A DNA stretch of 64,000 nt from Chrysomallon squamiferum (lineage: Eukaryota; Animalia; Mollusca), in the NCBI GenBank assembly GCA_012295275.1, contig CM022677.1:18724001-18788000 (forward strand). Direction: 5' to 3'. Of this stretch, positions 28,273 to 44,529 are shown piece by piece (within the stretch, counting starts at the first letter, position 1; each line of letters opens with the position of its first letter). The notes beneath the pieces are model-generated. The model worked only from the letters and a program-made list of their open reading frames with translations, made no database searches and had not been told where the DNA came from. A program made the translations under genes and the position numbers.

Positions 28273-28726
28273 ACAATAATATATATATGTGTGTGTGTGG
28301 ATGTGTGTGTGTGTCTGTGTCTGTATATGTGTGTGCGCGTAAGTGTATACGTGTATATTTAATCCTTTTCTCTTTGTGTATTTATATATACATATACATA
28401 ACAATAATATATATATGTAAATAAGAGCTGTTATCCAGCGTGTCATGGCCTCCCATTACAGCATGTTTACTTTTGCCTATCAGTTTACAAGTAGGACTGT
28501 TTTGGAGAGATCTCTCGACTTATCCAAGCAACGGGCACATGCGCAGAGGAATATGAAATACCTCTATAGACTTTTTCATTTCTTTGAAACTACGAACTGT
28601 GATTACTGCTTTGCTTTTTTCTTGCGACTCTTTTCTGACTAATAGAAAGTCGTACAAATGAAATCATTTTTATTACTTTTTTCTTTGCTTTCCTGCTGGG
28701 GATTTCCTGTGTGACTAATAATAGAT

Positions 28727-30549
28727 CAGAGCTAACAAGCCTTTTCAACATGAGAGCTACTTGAGAGGTACAGAGTTAAGGGCTATCAGTCTGATACCCT
28801 CTTCTGAACTAAAAAACTTAGTTCAGTTTATCTTTCTTTGTATATTATTATTAAAAATACCCATCTATGTGATGACGCTGATCACATTTATGATGTTTCA
28901 GAATAACAAAGTCGGACACAGATAAGATCAGTATTCAAACTTTGATTCTGTTTCTCTCAGTGGTTGTTTAAATGTTTCAGAATAACAAAGTCGGATACAG
29001 ATAAGATCAGTATTCAAACTTTGATTGTGTTTATCTCAGTAGTTGTTTAAATGTTTCAGAATAACAAAGTCAGAAACAGATAAGATCAGTATTCAAAATT
29101 TGAATCTGTTTATCTCAGTGGTTGTTTAAATGTTTCAGAATAACAAAGTCGGATACAGATAAGATCAGTATTCAAACTTTGATTCTGTTTATCTCAGAAG
29201 TTGTTTAAATGTTTCAGAATAACAAAGTCAGGTACAGATAAGATCAGTATTCAAACTTTGATTCTGTTTATCTCAGAAGTTGTTTAAATGTTTCAGAATA
29301 ACAAAGTCAGGTACAGATAAGATCAGTATTCAAACTTTGATTCTGTTTATCTCAGAAGTTGTTTAAATGTTTCAGAATAACAAAGTCTGATAGAGATAAG
29401 ATCAGTATTCAAACTTTGATTCTGTTTATCTCAGTAGTTGTTTAAATGTTTCAGAATAACAAAATCGGACACACATAAGATCAGTATTCAAACTTTGATT
29501 CTGTTTATCTCAGTAGTTGTTTAAATGTTTCAGAATAACAAAGTCAGATACAGATAAGATCAGTATTCAAACTTTGATTCTGTTTATCTCAGTAGTTGTT
29601 TAAATGTTTCAGAATAACAAAGTCAGATACAGATAAGATCAGTATTCAAACTTTGATTCTGTTTATCTCAGTAGTTGTTTAAATGTTTCAGAATAACAAG
29701 ATAGGACACAGATAAGATCAATATTCAAACTTTGATTCTGTTTATCTCAGTAGTTGTTTAAATGTTTCAGAATAACAAAGTCTGATAGAGATAAGATCAG
29801 TATTCAAACTTTGATTCTGTTTATCTCAGTAGTTGTTTAAATGTTTCAGAATAAGAAAATCGGACACACATAAGATCAGTATTCAAACTTTGATTCTGTT
29901 TATCTCAGTAGTTGTTTAAATGTTTCAGAATAACAAAGTCAGATACAGATAAGATCAGTATTCAAACTTTGATTCAGTTTATCTCAGTAGTTGTTTAAAT
30001 GTTTCAGAATAACAAAGTCAGGTACAGATAAGATCAGTATTCAAACTTTGATTCTGTTTATCTCAGTAGTTGTTTAAATGTTTCAGAATAACAAAGTCAG
30101 GTACAGATAAGATCAGTATTCAAACTTTGATTCTGTTTATCTCAGTAGTTGTTTAAATGTTTCAGAATAACAAAGTCGGACACAGATAAAATCAGTATTC
30201 AAACTTTGATTCTGTTTCTCTCAGTAGTTGTTTAAATGTTTCAGAATAACAAAGTCTGACACAGATAAGATCAGTATTCAAACTTTGATTCTGTTTATCT
30301 CAGTAGTTGTTTAAATGTTTCAGAATAACAAAGTCGGACACAGATAAGATCAGTATTCAAACTTTGATTCTGTTTATCTCAGTAGTTGTTTAAATGTTTC
30401 AGAATAACAAAGTCTGACACAGATAAGATCAGTATTCAAACTTTGATTCTGTTTATCTCAGTAGTTGTTTAAATGTTTCAGGAACAGCTCTGCGGGCGAC
30501 TCATGTGGTTCTTGGGGGCGACCTGGTGCACGTGTTGGTGTGATTCCTG
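28727..30549. mobile_element. hAT MITE, paralogous copy expanded by an internal satellite
   Basis: Same internal sequence and right end as 1561-1812. Flanks TAATAGAT / TAACAGAG. Confidence 0.72.
28893..30480. repeat. 79-bp tandem repeat, 20 units
   Basis: Unit atgtttcagaataacaaagtcNNNNNNagataagatcagtattcaaactttgattctgtttatctcagtagttgtttaa. Starts at 28893, 28972 and so on to 30473 (1580/79 = 20). Confidence 0.97.
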
Positions 30550-30977
30550 TAACAGAGTAAAATGGCGGATCATTGTTGATTTAGTGAGAACTTGGGTCAC
30601 GTCAACGTGGGAATTATATCAAATGAAAATAAAAATAGAAATAAAATAAAATAAAATAAAATAAAATAAACAAAAAAAATAAAATAATAATAATAAAAAA
30701 GAAACAAAAATAAAAAATAAAATAAAATAAAATAATAAAGAAATAAAGAAATAAAAAGATGTGCAGTAATAAGTAAGGTTTGTTACTATTCTTATTGTTA
30801 CTTTTATCCCCCAGATATCAGTTTGCTTACGTTGTTAAAAATATATTAATGAGATTCACTGTAGTTCAAATGTGTCTGTCATCATAGGCTTGATATCTTA
30901 TCAGTGTATATGATAATCTCAGTTTATTAAACACCTTTAAATAAAACTGACATAAATAGCACTGAATCAGTACAACT

Positions 30978-32120
<1,143 letters not shown>

Positions 32121-32128
<8 letters not shown>

Positions 32129-32192
32129 CAAACATCTTCTCTAGACTTATATAATGAAAGGTAATAGCAACATCAATGGTTGCGTGGTATAT
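32121..32192 (-). pseudogene. C1GALT1-like terminal exon remnant
   Basis: After a ttttag acceptor it reads IDVAITFHYISLEKMFEME, matching the AI[ST]FHY motif. Truncated by a (GA)n run. Confidence 0.7.
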
Positions 32193-32230
32193 CTAAAAAC
32201 AGAGAAAACGTAATTACAAAATTACACATA

Positions 32231-32877
32231 CAGTGGTACCTCGATTTATGAGTTTAATTCGTTCCGTGACCGAGCTACCAACTCATATCACTCGTATATC
32301 AAATCACTTTACCCAACTAAAATTAACTGAAATACCATTAATCCGTTCCAGCCCCCCCCCAATTCTTTTGTAACGTGTAATTAAATAAAAAACAACAACA
32401 AATATTGTAAACAAATAACTCGCTGGAGTTACAGCCTTCATCGAATCCTTCTGTTTCAATATTGTACATATCGTACAAGTACTACACTCGTACTTCCTAG
32501 CTATGTTGACTACCTCGCTCATATTTTTTTATGATTTCATGCTTTAATTGAATGGACATCGTCCGGTTCTTCTTCTCAGCACAGTCGTTTGCACTCACTT
32601 TCTCAAGATCCATGGAAATTTAGCAAAATACGGCACAAAAGGCGACCACAACACAACAGAGATGTTTCCACGGCGTGGTAACCACGTGAAGCAAACGACT
32701 GAGACGCGGGATGCTGGGCGGATGTTTTGTTGTTCGTTGCGCCAACTACTGGCAGCGTATCTGAAGCCCGCTCGTAACTCGGATTTTGGCTCGCAAGTCA
32801 AAGCAACAATCGACCGAGTGATTGCTCGTAACTCGGAAAACTCGTAAGTTGGAGTATCGTTACGCGAGGTACCACTG
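32231..32877 (-). mobile_element. Tigger/pogo-family non-autonomous DNA transposon
   Basis: TIR CAGTGGTACCTCG...CGAGGTACCACTG with TA on both sides. Contains a decayed transposase N-terminus (EKKNRTMSIQLKHEIIKK). Confidence 0.9.
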
Positions 32878-32904
32878 TATTAGAAAGATTATTTATTTAC
32901 TTAC

Positions 32905-33282
32905 TTTCTTGAATGACCAAGTTGATAGTACCAGTAGGGTAAACGCCCTGTAACATGAGCTCCAGGCTTCATACAGTGGAAAAGATTTTGTCAGTACCAG
33001 CTTTCATTTTAACACTCAGTCTTTTAAGACATTCTGCTATTTCTATATGTTCTCTACTGCCTTATTTTCTGCAGATCGTAGAGTTATTTCCCCTGGTGCT
33101 CAAACGTGTCAGTGTTTCTTTATTGAGCACGTAACCGGCTTCCTGAAAAACTGACCGTGAAATACCGGATGTGACGTGTTTTTAGTGGAGATGAATTAAC
33201 GTAAGTTATCTACGATGACGTAAGTATCGTCGTCTGCTTTCGTGAACCAGTCGGCGTCGTTTAAATGGTGTTTGTAGATGTA
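32905..33282 (-). pseudogene. Core 1 beta-1,3-galactosyltransferase (C1GALT1-like, GT31) exon fragment, copy 1
   Basis: [28 protein letters not shown] followed, after a frameshifting deletion, by AGYVLNKETLTR. Bounded by cag and gtaagt. Confidence 0.85.
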
Positions 33283-33551
33283 CTGACAGAGAGATAAAAG
33301 AAAAAAAAAAAATCTTCATCTATTCGTCGATTAATTTTTTTTTTTTTTTATTGTTATAATTAATATGATTATTTGTTCTTTAGATTAATTCTTTGATTTA
33401 TTACTGTTGTTGACATCATCGCCGTTGTTGTAGTAGTAGTAAAAATAATGATAAGGATGATTCACCTGATATGTTTTGATTAATTAATTAAAAAAACACA
33501 AAACAAAATAACAACAATAACAGTAATAATAATAATAAAAATAAAAATAAA

Positions 33552-33604
<53 letters not shown>

Positions 33605-34599
33605 TAATAATAATAATTACGATGAATTTAAATATATATAATGACAACACTATGCCACACATTAAACAAATAAATAAACTGTTTATGTGTGTTATTTGAG
33701 CTTTCTTAATACACGTATAATCCAGTTTGGTTTAAACAAACGTAACAATTATGAGTACGATTTCAATTTCTGTCGAGTTTCCGGCAAGGGAAGTAACTCT
33801 GCTATCAAAAGTTAAGCAAAAGAAAAAGACTGGTTATCCAGCCTGATCTCTTTCCAAACCGGTTGAATATATAACTGAAACAATATTCACCGAGACTAAT
33901 ATAATTATAATACCGATTCCCGTATCATCGGTATTTCACATCAACTTTTGAAAAAAAATAATGTGAAAACTTCTACAGTTGCAAAACTAAAAAATCAAAC
34001 CAATGCAAAACAACTCATGGTTAGATAAAAAAATAAAAAGATAATTATAAACAAATATATTCAACAAAAATATAATCAAAAACATAATACATTTATTAAT
34101 ACACAGTTCATTACAATCAAAGCTAAGGATAAGTCAATTACATGCATTTAAATATTAAAATGGACTATTAAAGTCCATTCATTCCTAACTGATATCAGTT
34201 CCACTCCATCCCGATGTGTTAAAAGTAATCTATAACAAAAGTAGTTAACTTCAGCTTGGATTCTGTTGTGTTTTGTAGAAAAACATTAACCTCTAGCTAA
34301 CACCAGATTAACAGGTGTGATTTTATGTTTATCTATTTCTGCACTTGGACAACTGGCATACTAATACCATACTAATCTGTCTGTAATCATTTGTATCACT
34401 TATGTCAACTAGAACTAATTACATTGTTACTACTAATACTACTGTTACTGCTACTACTACTACTACTACTACCACTACTACTACTATTATTATTATTAAA
34501 GAAAAAATATACAAGCGATAAAATAATTATAATAATAATAGTAGTAATAGTTGTTGTAGTGTTAGTACCAGTAATATTAGTAATAATAACGTTAAATCC

Positions 34600-34800
34600 A
34601 CTGATTCTGATTAAAGTTTACTAAGTAAAATTTATGTCTGTGATTTGTAAGTTTGTGTTTCGTGTTTAATCATTTTCTTTTACTAAATCACGACATCTCC
34701 ACTTATTAGTTATAGAAAAGCACTGAAGCCAATAAATTCCAGTGTTGTGTTTGTTGTTGTTCTTTTGAATATTTTTAATGTCCTGCTAAGTCGGAGTAAT
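34600..34800 (-). pseudogene. Second relic of TNF last-exon 3' end and 3' UTR
   Basis: Paralogous to 15865-16067, with the same truncation point (tcctgctaagt) and the same flanks. Confidence 0.78.
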
Positions 34801-35407
34801 AACGTAGATAATAATTAATTTTAAGATACACTTTAACAAATATATCTCAGAGATATCTTCCTGCACCTGACTCAGTTTATTCTTGTTTCCATGGTTTCGT
34901 TGTTGGAGACAACATACTTAGATAAAAACATATAGGAAGGGTAGATTTAAAAAAATGACCTTAACCATGACCTTGTATTGAAAACGAAGAACGTCGTAAA
35001 CATGAAAATACGTAAGATTTTCTAGTATTGATTTATTTTGTTTATAGCTTTTGTTTTGTTGTCGTCGTTGTTGTATTTCATATACATAATATTTTGTTGC
35101 CTTGTGTGTCCAAGAAAGGCGTACTTTAATGTTTTGTGGGAAAATGTTTGATTCAGAGAGCTTTTTTTTATTATTATTATATTTTTTAAATTGCCCTTTG
35201 TATTTATTTCATAAATTTGTATCCCATTTACAATTCTTGTTTTTAAAAATTATTATTTCTTTTTAAAATTTTATTTATTAATATTAATTTTTTTTTACAT
35301 TTATTTATTCATTAATTTTCGTACTGAAGATTTATGTATTAAATTAATTAATAATCAGTAATGCGTATTTTTTTAATTTGTTTTGATTATTTTATTTTCT
35401 GAATCGT

Positions 35408-35455
<48 letters not shown>

Positions 35456-36377
35456 TGTTTATTTATTTATTTATTTTGGCGTGTGGCAGTAAGACTTGAC
35501 CCATTTTTTGGTGCCAGTTAATTGAAACTGCGAACTGTGATTGTTCCTTTGATGTTTTCTAACGACTCTAATAACAGAGTAAAATGGCGGATCATTACTG
35601 ATTTAATGGAATCTCGGGATACACTAACATGGGAATTATATCAAATGATAAATAAATAAATAAATAAATACTAATCTGCATTTCTTCGAAAACAATAATA
35701 AGTAAGGCTTGTTATAATTTTTTGTTCTCCGCAGAAACCAGTTGGGTTTATTGATCGTTGCTGTGGTTCAAAATGTTTGTCGAAGATTTGATAACCTCAG
35801 TTTATTAGAAACCTTTAAACAAAACTAACATAATTTAATACTAAATCAGTACAACTGACATGTCACGTAATGCCCAAGACCACGTGACACGAGGCCTAAT
35901 GACAAAAGTCAGGCAGTCAGTCAAATGGGGTTAAGGTTTTGTTTACATCTATTCATTGTGTGGAATAGATGTTCAGTTCAGTTCTTTATTATCGTAACCT
36001 CTACAGCCTATTGATATACAATGTCAATAGAAAAATGAAAAAAGTATAAATTCTCCCATTACAGGTTCATTGCTTCTGCCACCAAGTTCTGATATCAAGA
36101 CGAGATCTCGCTATTTTCACAACAAGGGGCACACGCCCAACAGAAACTGAGAACTGTGAGTGTTCATTTAATGTTTCCTCACGACTCTAATAAAACAGTA
36201 ATATGCCGGATCTTTTTCCAACATGTAAATTACCCACCGAGGAAAAAATAGATTACTGAGAACTGCTGTGATTCAAAGGTGAAAAGTTTGATATCTGATA
36301 TTATCAGTGCATATCGTAATCCCAGTTTATTAAACATGTTTAAATAAAACTAACATAATTTAATACTAAATGAGAAC

Positions 36378-36486
<109 letters not shown>

Positions 36487-37213
36487 GGAGGACATTAAAT
36501 ATGTTTATCCCTGAAGGTAAAATAGCACACCTAAGTAAGTATTTGAATACGCGAGTATATCAAATAACATTCTGCTTAGCAGGACGTTAGCGTGACAGAC
36601 AGTTGATAACGTCACTACTGTGTTATCTGTGCTTGCAGTTACTCATAGTGTTGACCTCAGATACCCCGCTATTATCTACCACTGTTTTATACATAATATC
36701 TAGAGATTAATTTGTTCAGTCTGACCTCAGACTAACAACTATTCTCCAAAATAATGGCCATAATACTTCAATACATAGATACATACATACATACATACAT
36801 ACATACATACATACATACATACATACATACTAATACACACACACACATACATACATAGAAATATATATATATATAGAAGTACATAACCCACTAGTTACTC
36901 ACTACATGAAAACACGTGTGTAAATAATAAAGAAACAAGACGAGGTTTCAAATTAAAGGATTTAATTTTAGTAAATTCCTGATATAGCAATATTAACCTT
37001 TACAACATGGTAATTCTAGCTTCTCCAAAGAGGAAAAACTGACCAGATTCGCAAAATAAATCATAATGAAAATTCTACAGTAGCAAAACAAAACAAAAAA
37101 ATTACAAAAGTGATTCTCATCAAAGTTATGTCTGTGATTTGTAAGTTTGTGTTTCGAGTTTAGTATTTTTCTTTTACTAAATCACGACATCTCCACCTGT
37201 TAGTTATAGAAAA

Positions 37214-37608
37214 TTACTGAAAACAATAAATTCCGAAGTCGTGTTTATTGTTGTCCTTTTCAAGATTGTCAATGTTCTGCACGCGCAGTTCAATACTGTC
37301 GTCTGCTTTCAGTTCAAACAACGCGCCTTGGTAAGTGGGAGTAAACCCTGCTGTCCCTGATGACGTCACACAAACGTGAGAGTTGAAAAGTTCGAGTAAT
37401 TTCTCTTCGTGTTTCCCGCCATTTCTAAGCCAGATGGAATGAATAGAAGTGACGTCGTCTTGTGTTTGGTTGTTCACGAAAACAAGATGAGCGTAAATAA
37501 AACACGTGCCAGGCGTTTTTACTTGAATGCGGCCATCTTTGTACATCATCTTCTTCCCAATGAACGAAGAGTCTTGTTTCCAGTGCAGTATATTTTGTCC
37601 TTCTGCAA

Positions 37609-37668
<60 letters not shown>

Positions 37669-37758
37669 TGTTTAGGAAACTGTTTCTCTATCTCTCTCTC
37701 ATATAGACCTATATATCGACATTAAATCTAGGCAATCTAATAAAGATACTCATAAATG

Positions 37759-37800
<42 letters not shown>

Positions 37801-38402
37801 TTATAATAAATAGGTAATAAGGTAAATAATGAACACATCTCTTATTTAAAAAATGATATTTAATACTTTAATAATTCATTTCTGTTTAACCTATAACGAA
37901 CTTTGACCTCACCTGACCTCACCCAGTCAATTCCGCGTAGATGTGCTGAACGGTCACTCTCCCCATGAAAACTCAATTCAGAATCTAAAAAAAAAAATGA
38001 CACACACACACATATATATATATATTTCGACGTTAATGTTTTTAATTATGTGGTACTACATTTAGCACACGCACACTCTATATTGAGCATCTCTCGGTCG
38101 ATTCCGGTCAGTCGGAACACCTCGTCACATTCCGCTACGCTCATATTTCAAAGAAATGTACGAAATGTTCCGACTATATAACGAGGTACGGAATTGACCG
38201 AGTTGTAACGAATCCCGCCTCTACGAAAATTTCAGTATTAGTCAGCGGTTAGCACGAAGACATGATTGTTTAGTGTATTCACTGCCAACTGCGCACAACA
38301 CGTCTAATTATAGAACCTGGGATTTCCGCGTTTTTATTAGCCAATGTCGTTCAGACGTGCCTTACTGTCGAAGCCTGAATACATAGTTTAACACATACCT
38401 GT

Positions 38403-38439
<37 letters not shown>

Positions 38440-38870
38440 TGTTTTTATTCATACATCTATATATATATGCTGTGTGCATGTGTGTGTATGTGTTTGTTTA
38501 TTCACGTATTAATGAGTGAAACAATCAGACAGAGAAACAGACAGACAGATTTTCGAGGAATTTATGTGTATGTGAATGTATGTTTGTGTATGTGTATATG
38601 TGCATGTGTGTATGTGTATCTGTGTATCTGTATGTGTGTATGTGTATGTGTCACAAATATCAGTTTTAATTTTGAATGTATTAAGAATATTATTGTATAT
38701 TAAGAATGATTTACTACTCACTTTTCGCCTTCTCTTTCTGGTACTGTGTTTCTGCAAACTGCGAATACATAGAAATGTAGAAAAGAATCAACATATTTTG
38801 GTCCATATGTAAGAACATACATACAAATATACATACATACAACATCAACAACAGAAACAACAAACATAAC

Positions 38871-38923
<53 letters not shown>

Positions 38924-39335
38924 CCTTTGTTACGATGTCGATCAGGTTTCGCTCACGACCAGCACAGCAGATATTTCCATCTTCTCCAACGTCGAAGTCG
39001 TAGATGTTGTCAGTTTTGTCATCGTCGGTGAGATAAACATCTTTGCACGGAAAGCAGACGTCGTCGTCCCATTGCACAACGGTTTGACGTTGTGACTGCA
39101 CCCGTGGTGTAGTGAAAGTTAGAGATATAACGATCACCAGAAAGATGTCGATGAAAAGAAAAAGGACAATGACCTCTGTCCAGAATTTCTTTTTCTCTTT
39201 TTCTTTGTCTTTATCTTTGTCTAAATTTTCTTCTCCATTTGGTTTGATGAGTGGCTCGTCACTGCTACCTGGATTACACCTTTCTCTCTGTTTCACTTCT
39301 TTGTTTTGCAACAAACTTTCGTTGTTGTGATCCAT
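37214..39335 (-). CDS. TNF-superfamily ligand (TRAIL/TNFSF10-like), copy D, intact, 302 aa
   Basis: Exons 39335-38925 (411), 38758-38722 (37), 37984-37913 (72) and 37602-37214 (389). Same sizes and phases as copy B, GT-AG boundaries, no stops. Confidence 0.93.
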
Positions 39336-40471
39336 TTCTTTTTTATCTCAGAAAACTTGTATGTCGCTCAGATGCAAACTGCGAACTGGGAAATGTTTGT
39401 TTGATGTTTCCTTTAAGACGTTTTTCCACTAATGAGATGATTAAACTTGAAACACCGTCCTATAAGATCTGTGAATGGGGTGAGACATTGCGTTTTGCCA
39501 GCTATCAGATCTGTGAATGGGGTGAGACTTGGCGTTTTGCCAGCTATCAATGACAGTCACACTGCTCATCATGCGCTCTACAGTTGATCTTTCAAACTTG
39601 TCATTTGGCCACGCCTTAAACGCAGTCTGATAATCATTGTCGCCGAGGAAAAGTTTATACACAACATGTGATTTTTAGTTACCTGTAATGCATTCTTCTT
39701 TGTACTGTAACCCTACACTTTGTACTGTAACCCAATGCATACAAGTACAAAAGAGAAAAGAAGAATAAGAAAAAGTGAAATGAAATGTTGAACTCATTAG
39801 GTCATTCATTCATCGATTGCTTGTGTTTTTTTGTTTAGTTTAGTTTTTGGGTTGTAGTAGTTGTTGTTGCTATTGTTTTCGTCGTCGTCGTGGTAGTAGT
39901 AGTAGTATAAACAATAAGTATCAAAAAGGATGATTCAGCAGAGGTCCTTTCAGTTTTATATATTTATATATAATTAACTAATAAAAAGAAGAACAATAGC
40001 AGCAGCAATAACGACAACAACGACAGCAACAATAATAATAATAATAATAATAATGGCGATGAAGTTAAATTTATAATGACAACTCTGCGCCAAATACTAA
40101 ATAAATAAACAAACGTTTTATGTGTGTTATACGTGTATTATTAAGACATGTATAATCCAGTTTTATTTAAACAAATAACAATTATCTATACGATTTTATA
40201 ACAATTTCAGAATCATTTTTATTTCAATAGTTGAATTTATTTATTTATTTATTTATATTTTTATTTATGCTCTTTTCATTATTTTATTTTAATTTTCTTG
40301 TTATTTATAATCTGTTTATTATTTAATTATTTTTCTAAAGAAACAGCTGAAGGCAATTACAGAGTGAACATTTTATTATAACCACTTAATAAAGTTAACA
40401 ATTTATATATTTATTTCCATGGGCACACCTAATGACATACAGTGATGTATATATGTATGTATGTATGTATG

Positions 40472-40577
<106 letters not shown>

Positions 40578-41353
40578 GTTCCCTATGTGAAATATTTATA
40601 CATCTATCCAACCAGTGGTTTTCAGTTTTGTTATTATCTATAATACATTCTTATCGGTACTGTAATCCTGTAGTCTATGAGAATAAACTTGATGTCATTA
40701 TCAAAGACATTGCAACGTCATAAAAAGTAATAGCGAAGTTATTTTAAAAGTCATTGCCAAAGTGATAGTCAAAGTAACTGTGCAAAGTCATTGAATGCAC
40801 CCAGTGATTCGGATCAGATTTCGCACTTTGCCAGGACCACATATAACGCTGATTATTACTGATTAACGGCCAAAGTAGACTTAATACTTCCTGTAATTTA
40901 TATGTTACGTTCAACATGTGAAACTAGACATTTGATCTAGTGAGAAAATGAGAGCAATTCAGGCAGGCAGTGAAAAGTGTTTAGTGCTTTGTTTACAACT
41001 GTTCAGTGTAGCGTTTAGTGGTTCAATACAATTATTTATTATCGTAATCTTTACAGCCCATTGATTTACAGTGTCAATACAAAATGTGAGAAGTATAAAT
41101 AGTGACAGTATGATCAAAAAAGAAAAACATTCTGGAGAATATAAATAATATAGCACATAACTAACAAATCAAAACTCTTCGATATTGAAATGTTTTAAAC
41201 AAATATTTTCATAAACTGCACAGCGATTTCTTATTTTTAATCTCAACAGTGTTACATAATCTACATATTCTTTGTGCTCTCTCAGTTTTCCTGTATCTGA
41301 TGTATTTGTATAAATTGTCACATTTCAATATCGTGTGTACGTATAGATATATA

Positions 41354-41735
<382 letters not shown>

Positions 41736-41746
41736 ATCCAGTTATA

Positions 41747-41873
41747 AGATCTGTGAACAGGGTGAGAGATGGCGTTTTGCCAGCTATCAGATCTGTGAAT
41801 GGAGTGAGACATGGCGTTTTGCCAATTATCAGATCTGTGAATGGGGTGAGACATGGCGTTTTGCCAGTTATCA
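41747..41873. repeat. 42-bp unit x3 from the TNF upstream block
   Basis: Unit agatctgtgaatggggtgagacatggcgttttgccagctatc. Two copies lie upstream of A and D, one upstream of B, C and E. Confidence 0.9.
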
Positions 41874-43034
41874 GTGACAGTCATACTAATCTTCATGCGG
41901 TCTACAGTTAATATTTCAAACTTGTCATTTGGCCAAATAATCTAAACTCAATCTGATAATCATTGTCGCTTACATACAAACTGCGGACTGCGACTTAAGA
42001 ACTGTTTATACACAACCTGTGATTTTTATTTACCTGTAATACATTCTTCTTTGTACTGTAATCCTACATAGTCATTGCAAAGTTACTGTCTACGCCACTG
42101 TATACACTCGGTGATTCTGACTGTTTGTCAGTTATTTTGGATTCAAGTAGTCAGTCAAATGGGTTTATGAGTCAGGCAGTGTTCGTTGTAGGGATTAGTG
42201 TTTCATTTCAGTTCTTTATGATCGTTAGCTTTACAGCTTATTAATATGCAATGTCAATAAACAAAAATGCAACAAATACAAAAGAGAAAAGAAGAATAAG
42301 AAAAAAATGAAATGAAATGTTGAACTCATTAGTTCATTCATTCATCGATTACTTGTGTTTTTTTCTTTAGTTTAGTTTTTGGGTTGTAGTAGTTGTTGTT
42401 GCTGTTGTTTTCGTCGTCGTCGTGGTAGTAGTAGTAGTATAAACAACAAGTATCAAAAAGGATGATTCAGCAGAGGTCCTTTCAGTTTTGACAGACTCCA
42501 TTTATATATAATTAACTAATAAAAAGAACAACAATAGGAACAACAGCAGCAACAACAATAATAACAATAATAATAATAATAATAATAATGACGATGAACT
42601 TAAATTTATAATGACAACTCTGCGCCAAATAATAAATAAATAAATAAACGATTTATGTGTGTTATACGTGTATTATTAAGGATTAAATAAATATATATTT
42701 TTTTATTAATTCTGAGACCAGAAGGAAGAGTAGAATGAACAATTTTACAGTTCTTTACATCAATAATGATAATAATAATAAGAAGAAAATTAGTTATTCA
42801 TTTTATATATATATTTCTGTGTGTGTATATCCAATATCTATGTTATGTATGTATATATCACTGGTACGTATGTAATAAAGACGTTTTCTTTACTCAATAT
42901 TCTTCTTATTTTTCTTTAAAACGTTTACTCAAAAAAATAAGATCAGTTTCTTAATACTATTAAATAGGTTTTGTCTACTATAATAACGAAACAAAAACAA
43001 CTATAATAACAACAAGTAATAACAATAACAGTAT

Positions 43035-43081
<47 letters not shown>

Positions 43082-43797
43082 TGTATTTATGTATTTATTT
43101 ATTTATTTATATATTTGTTTATGTATTTATTTATTTATTTTTTCTTTATCGCCCTCTGTTATTATTTCGTATACACACTACCAAATAATAGTCTGATTAT
43201 TATTGTATATTGAATTTGCGTTAGTCTTTAAAAATATCAGATCTTTTCAAAACGTGACTCAATACTAAATTTGATACCTCACTGCAGATCTGCAGATACG
43301 TCTGTTAAGTCCAGGTGTTAGAGATCATGTTTCTTCTTTTCTTTATTGTGCACGTTGAAGTTAGTTTGAGAAAGGGAAGTGATCAACAATAATCACAGAG
43401 GAGGGTGACAGGGCCGGTACTGAGATTTGTAGACAATCGTGATTTAAATTTTTGTTTGAGTTTCATAAAAATAGAAGGATAATTAGACAGACAGACACAT
43501 CGATAGAAATCTAACTGTAACACTGAAAGCGTTATAATGGTAAAATGTCGTGATAATATATCAGATCAGTTATTAAAATAACTTTACAAATTTTAAACGT
43601 TTTTACTTTTTAATAATGCGCGGAATGACGTCACATAATATTAAAGTTTTCAAATGAAACAGAAGACTTACAAAATTAAAATGTCTTAATTAATTAATTA
43701 CTTAACGAAATGATACTATGATACTACTACTAAAACAGCTACTACTACTATCATCAGTATTTAATTTACTTATTAATTTACTTATTGATTTCTTTGT

Positions 43798-43858
<61 letters not shown>

Positions 43859-44529
43859 GGCTTATACAGAGTGAATCTGTAGGTAGTAAATATAAAACTG
43901 CAAAGTAAATTTTACTCCTGACAAAACAAATTACTGTGTCACATTGTTTCAATAATACGTTAATTATACGCTACTGACTAAATATAAATAGATAAAACAA
44001 ATGATACTGTCACGTGTGTGAGTGTTTATCTCTATGGGAAATATTTATACACGATATCGTTTAACCAACCAGTGGTTTTCAGTTTTGTTATTATCTATAA
44101 TACAATCTTCTCTGTAGTGTAATCATGTAGTCTAGGAGAATAAACTCAATGTCATTGTCAAAGACATTGCAACGTCATATAAACTGATTGCAAAGTCATT
44201 GAATGCACCCAGTGATTCGGATCAGGTTTCGCACTTTGCCAGCACTATATATAGCGCTGATTATTACTGAGTAACGGCCAAAGTAGACTTAATACTTTCT
44301 GTAGTTTATATGTTACAGTCAACATGTGAAACTAGACATTTGACCTAACACCCTACATTACGTGACACGAGGCCTGGTGAGAACATGAGAGCAATTTAGG
44401 CAGTCAGTCAAATGGGTTTCATGCTTTGTTTACAACTGTTGATTGTAGCGTTTAGTGGTTCAATTCAATTCTTTATTATGGTAATCATTGCAGCCTATTG
44501 ATATTCAATGTCAAACAGATAATATATCA

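Noticed and set aside
28893-30480. CRISPR-like appearance of the 79-bp array
   Set aside because: No unique spacers (only a 6-nt variable patch), no cas genes, and a eukaryotic context.
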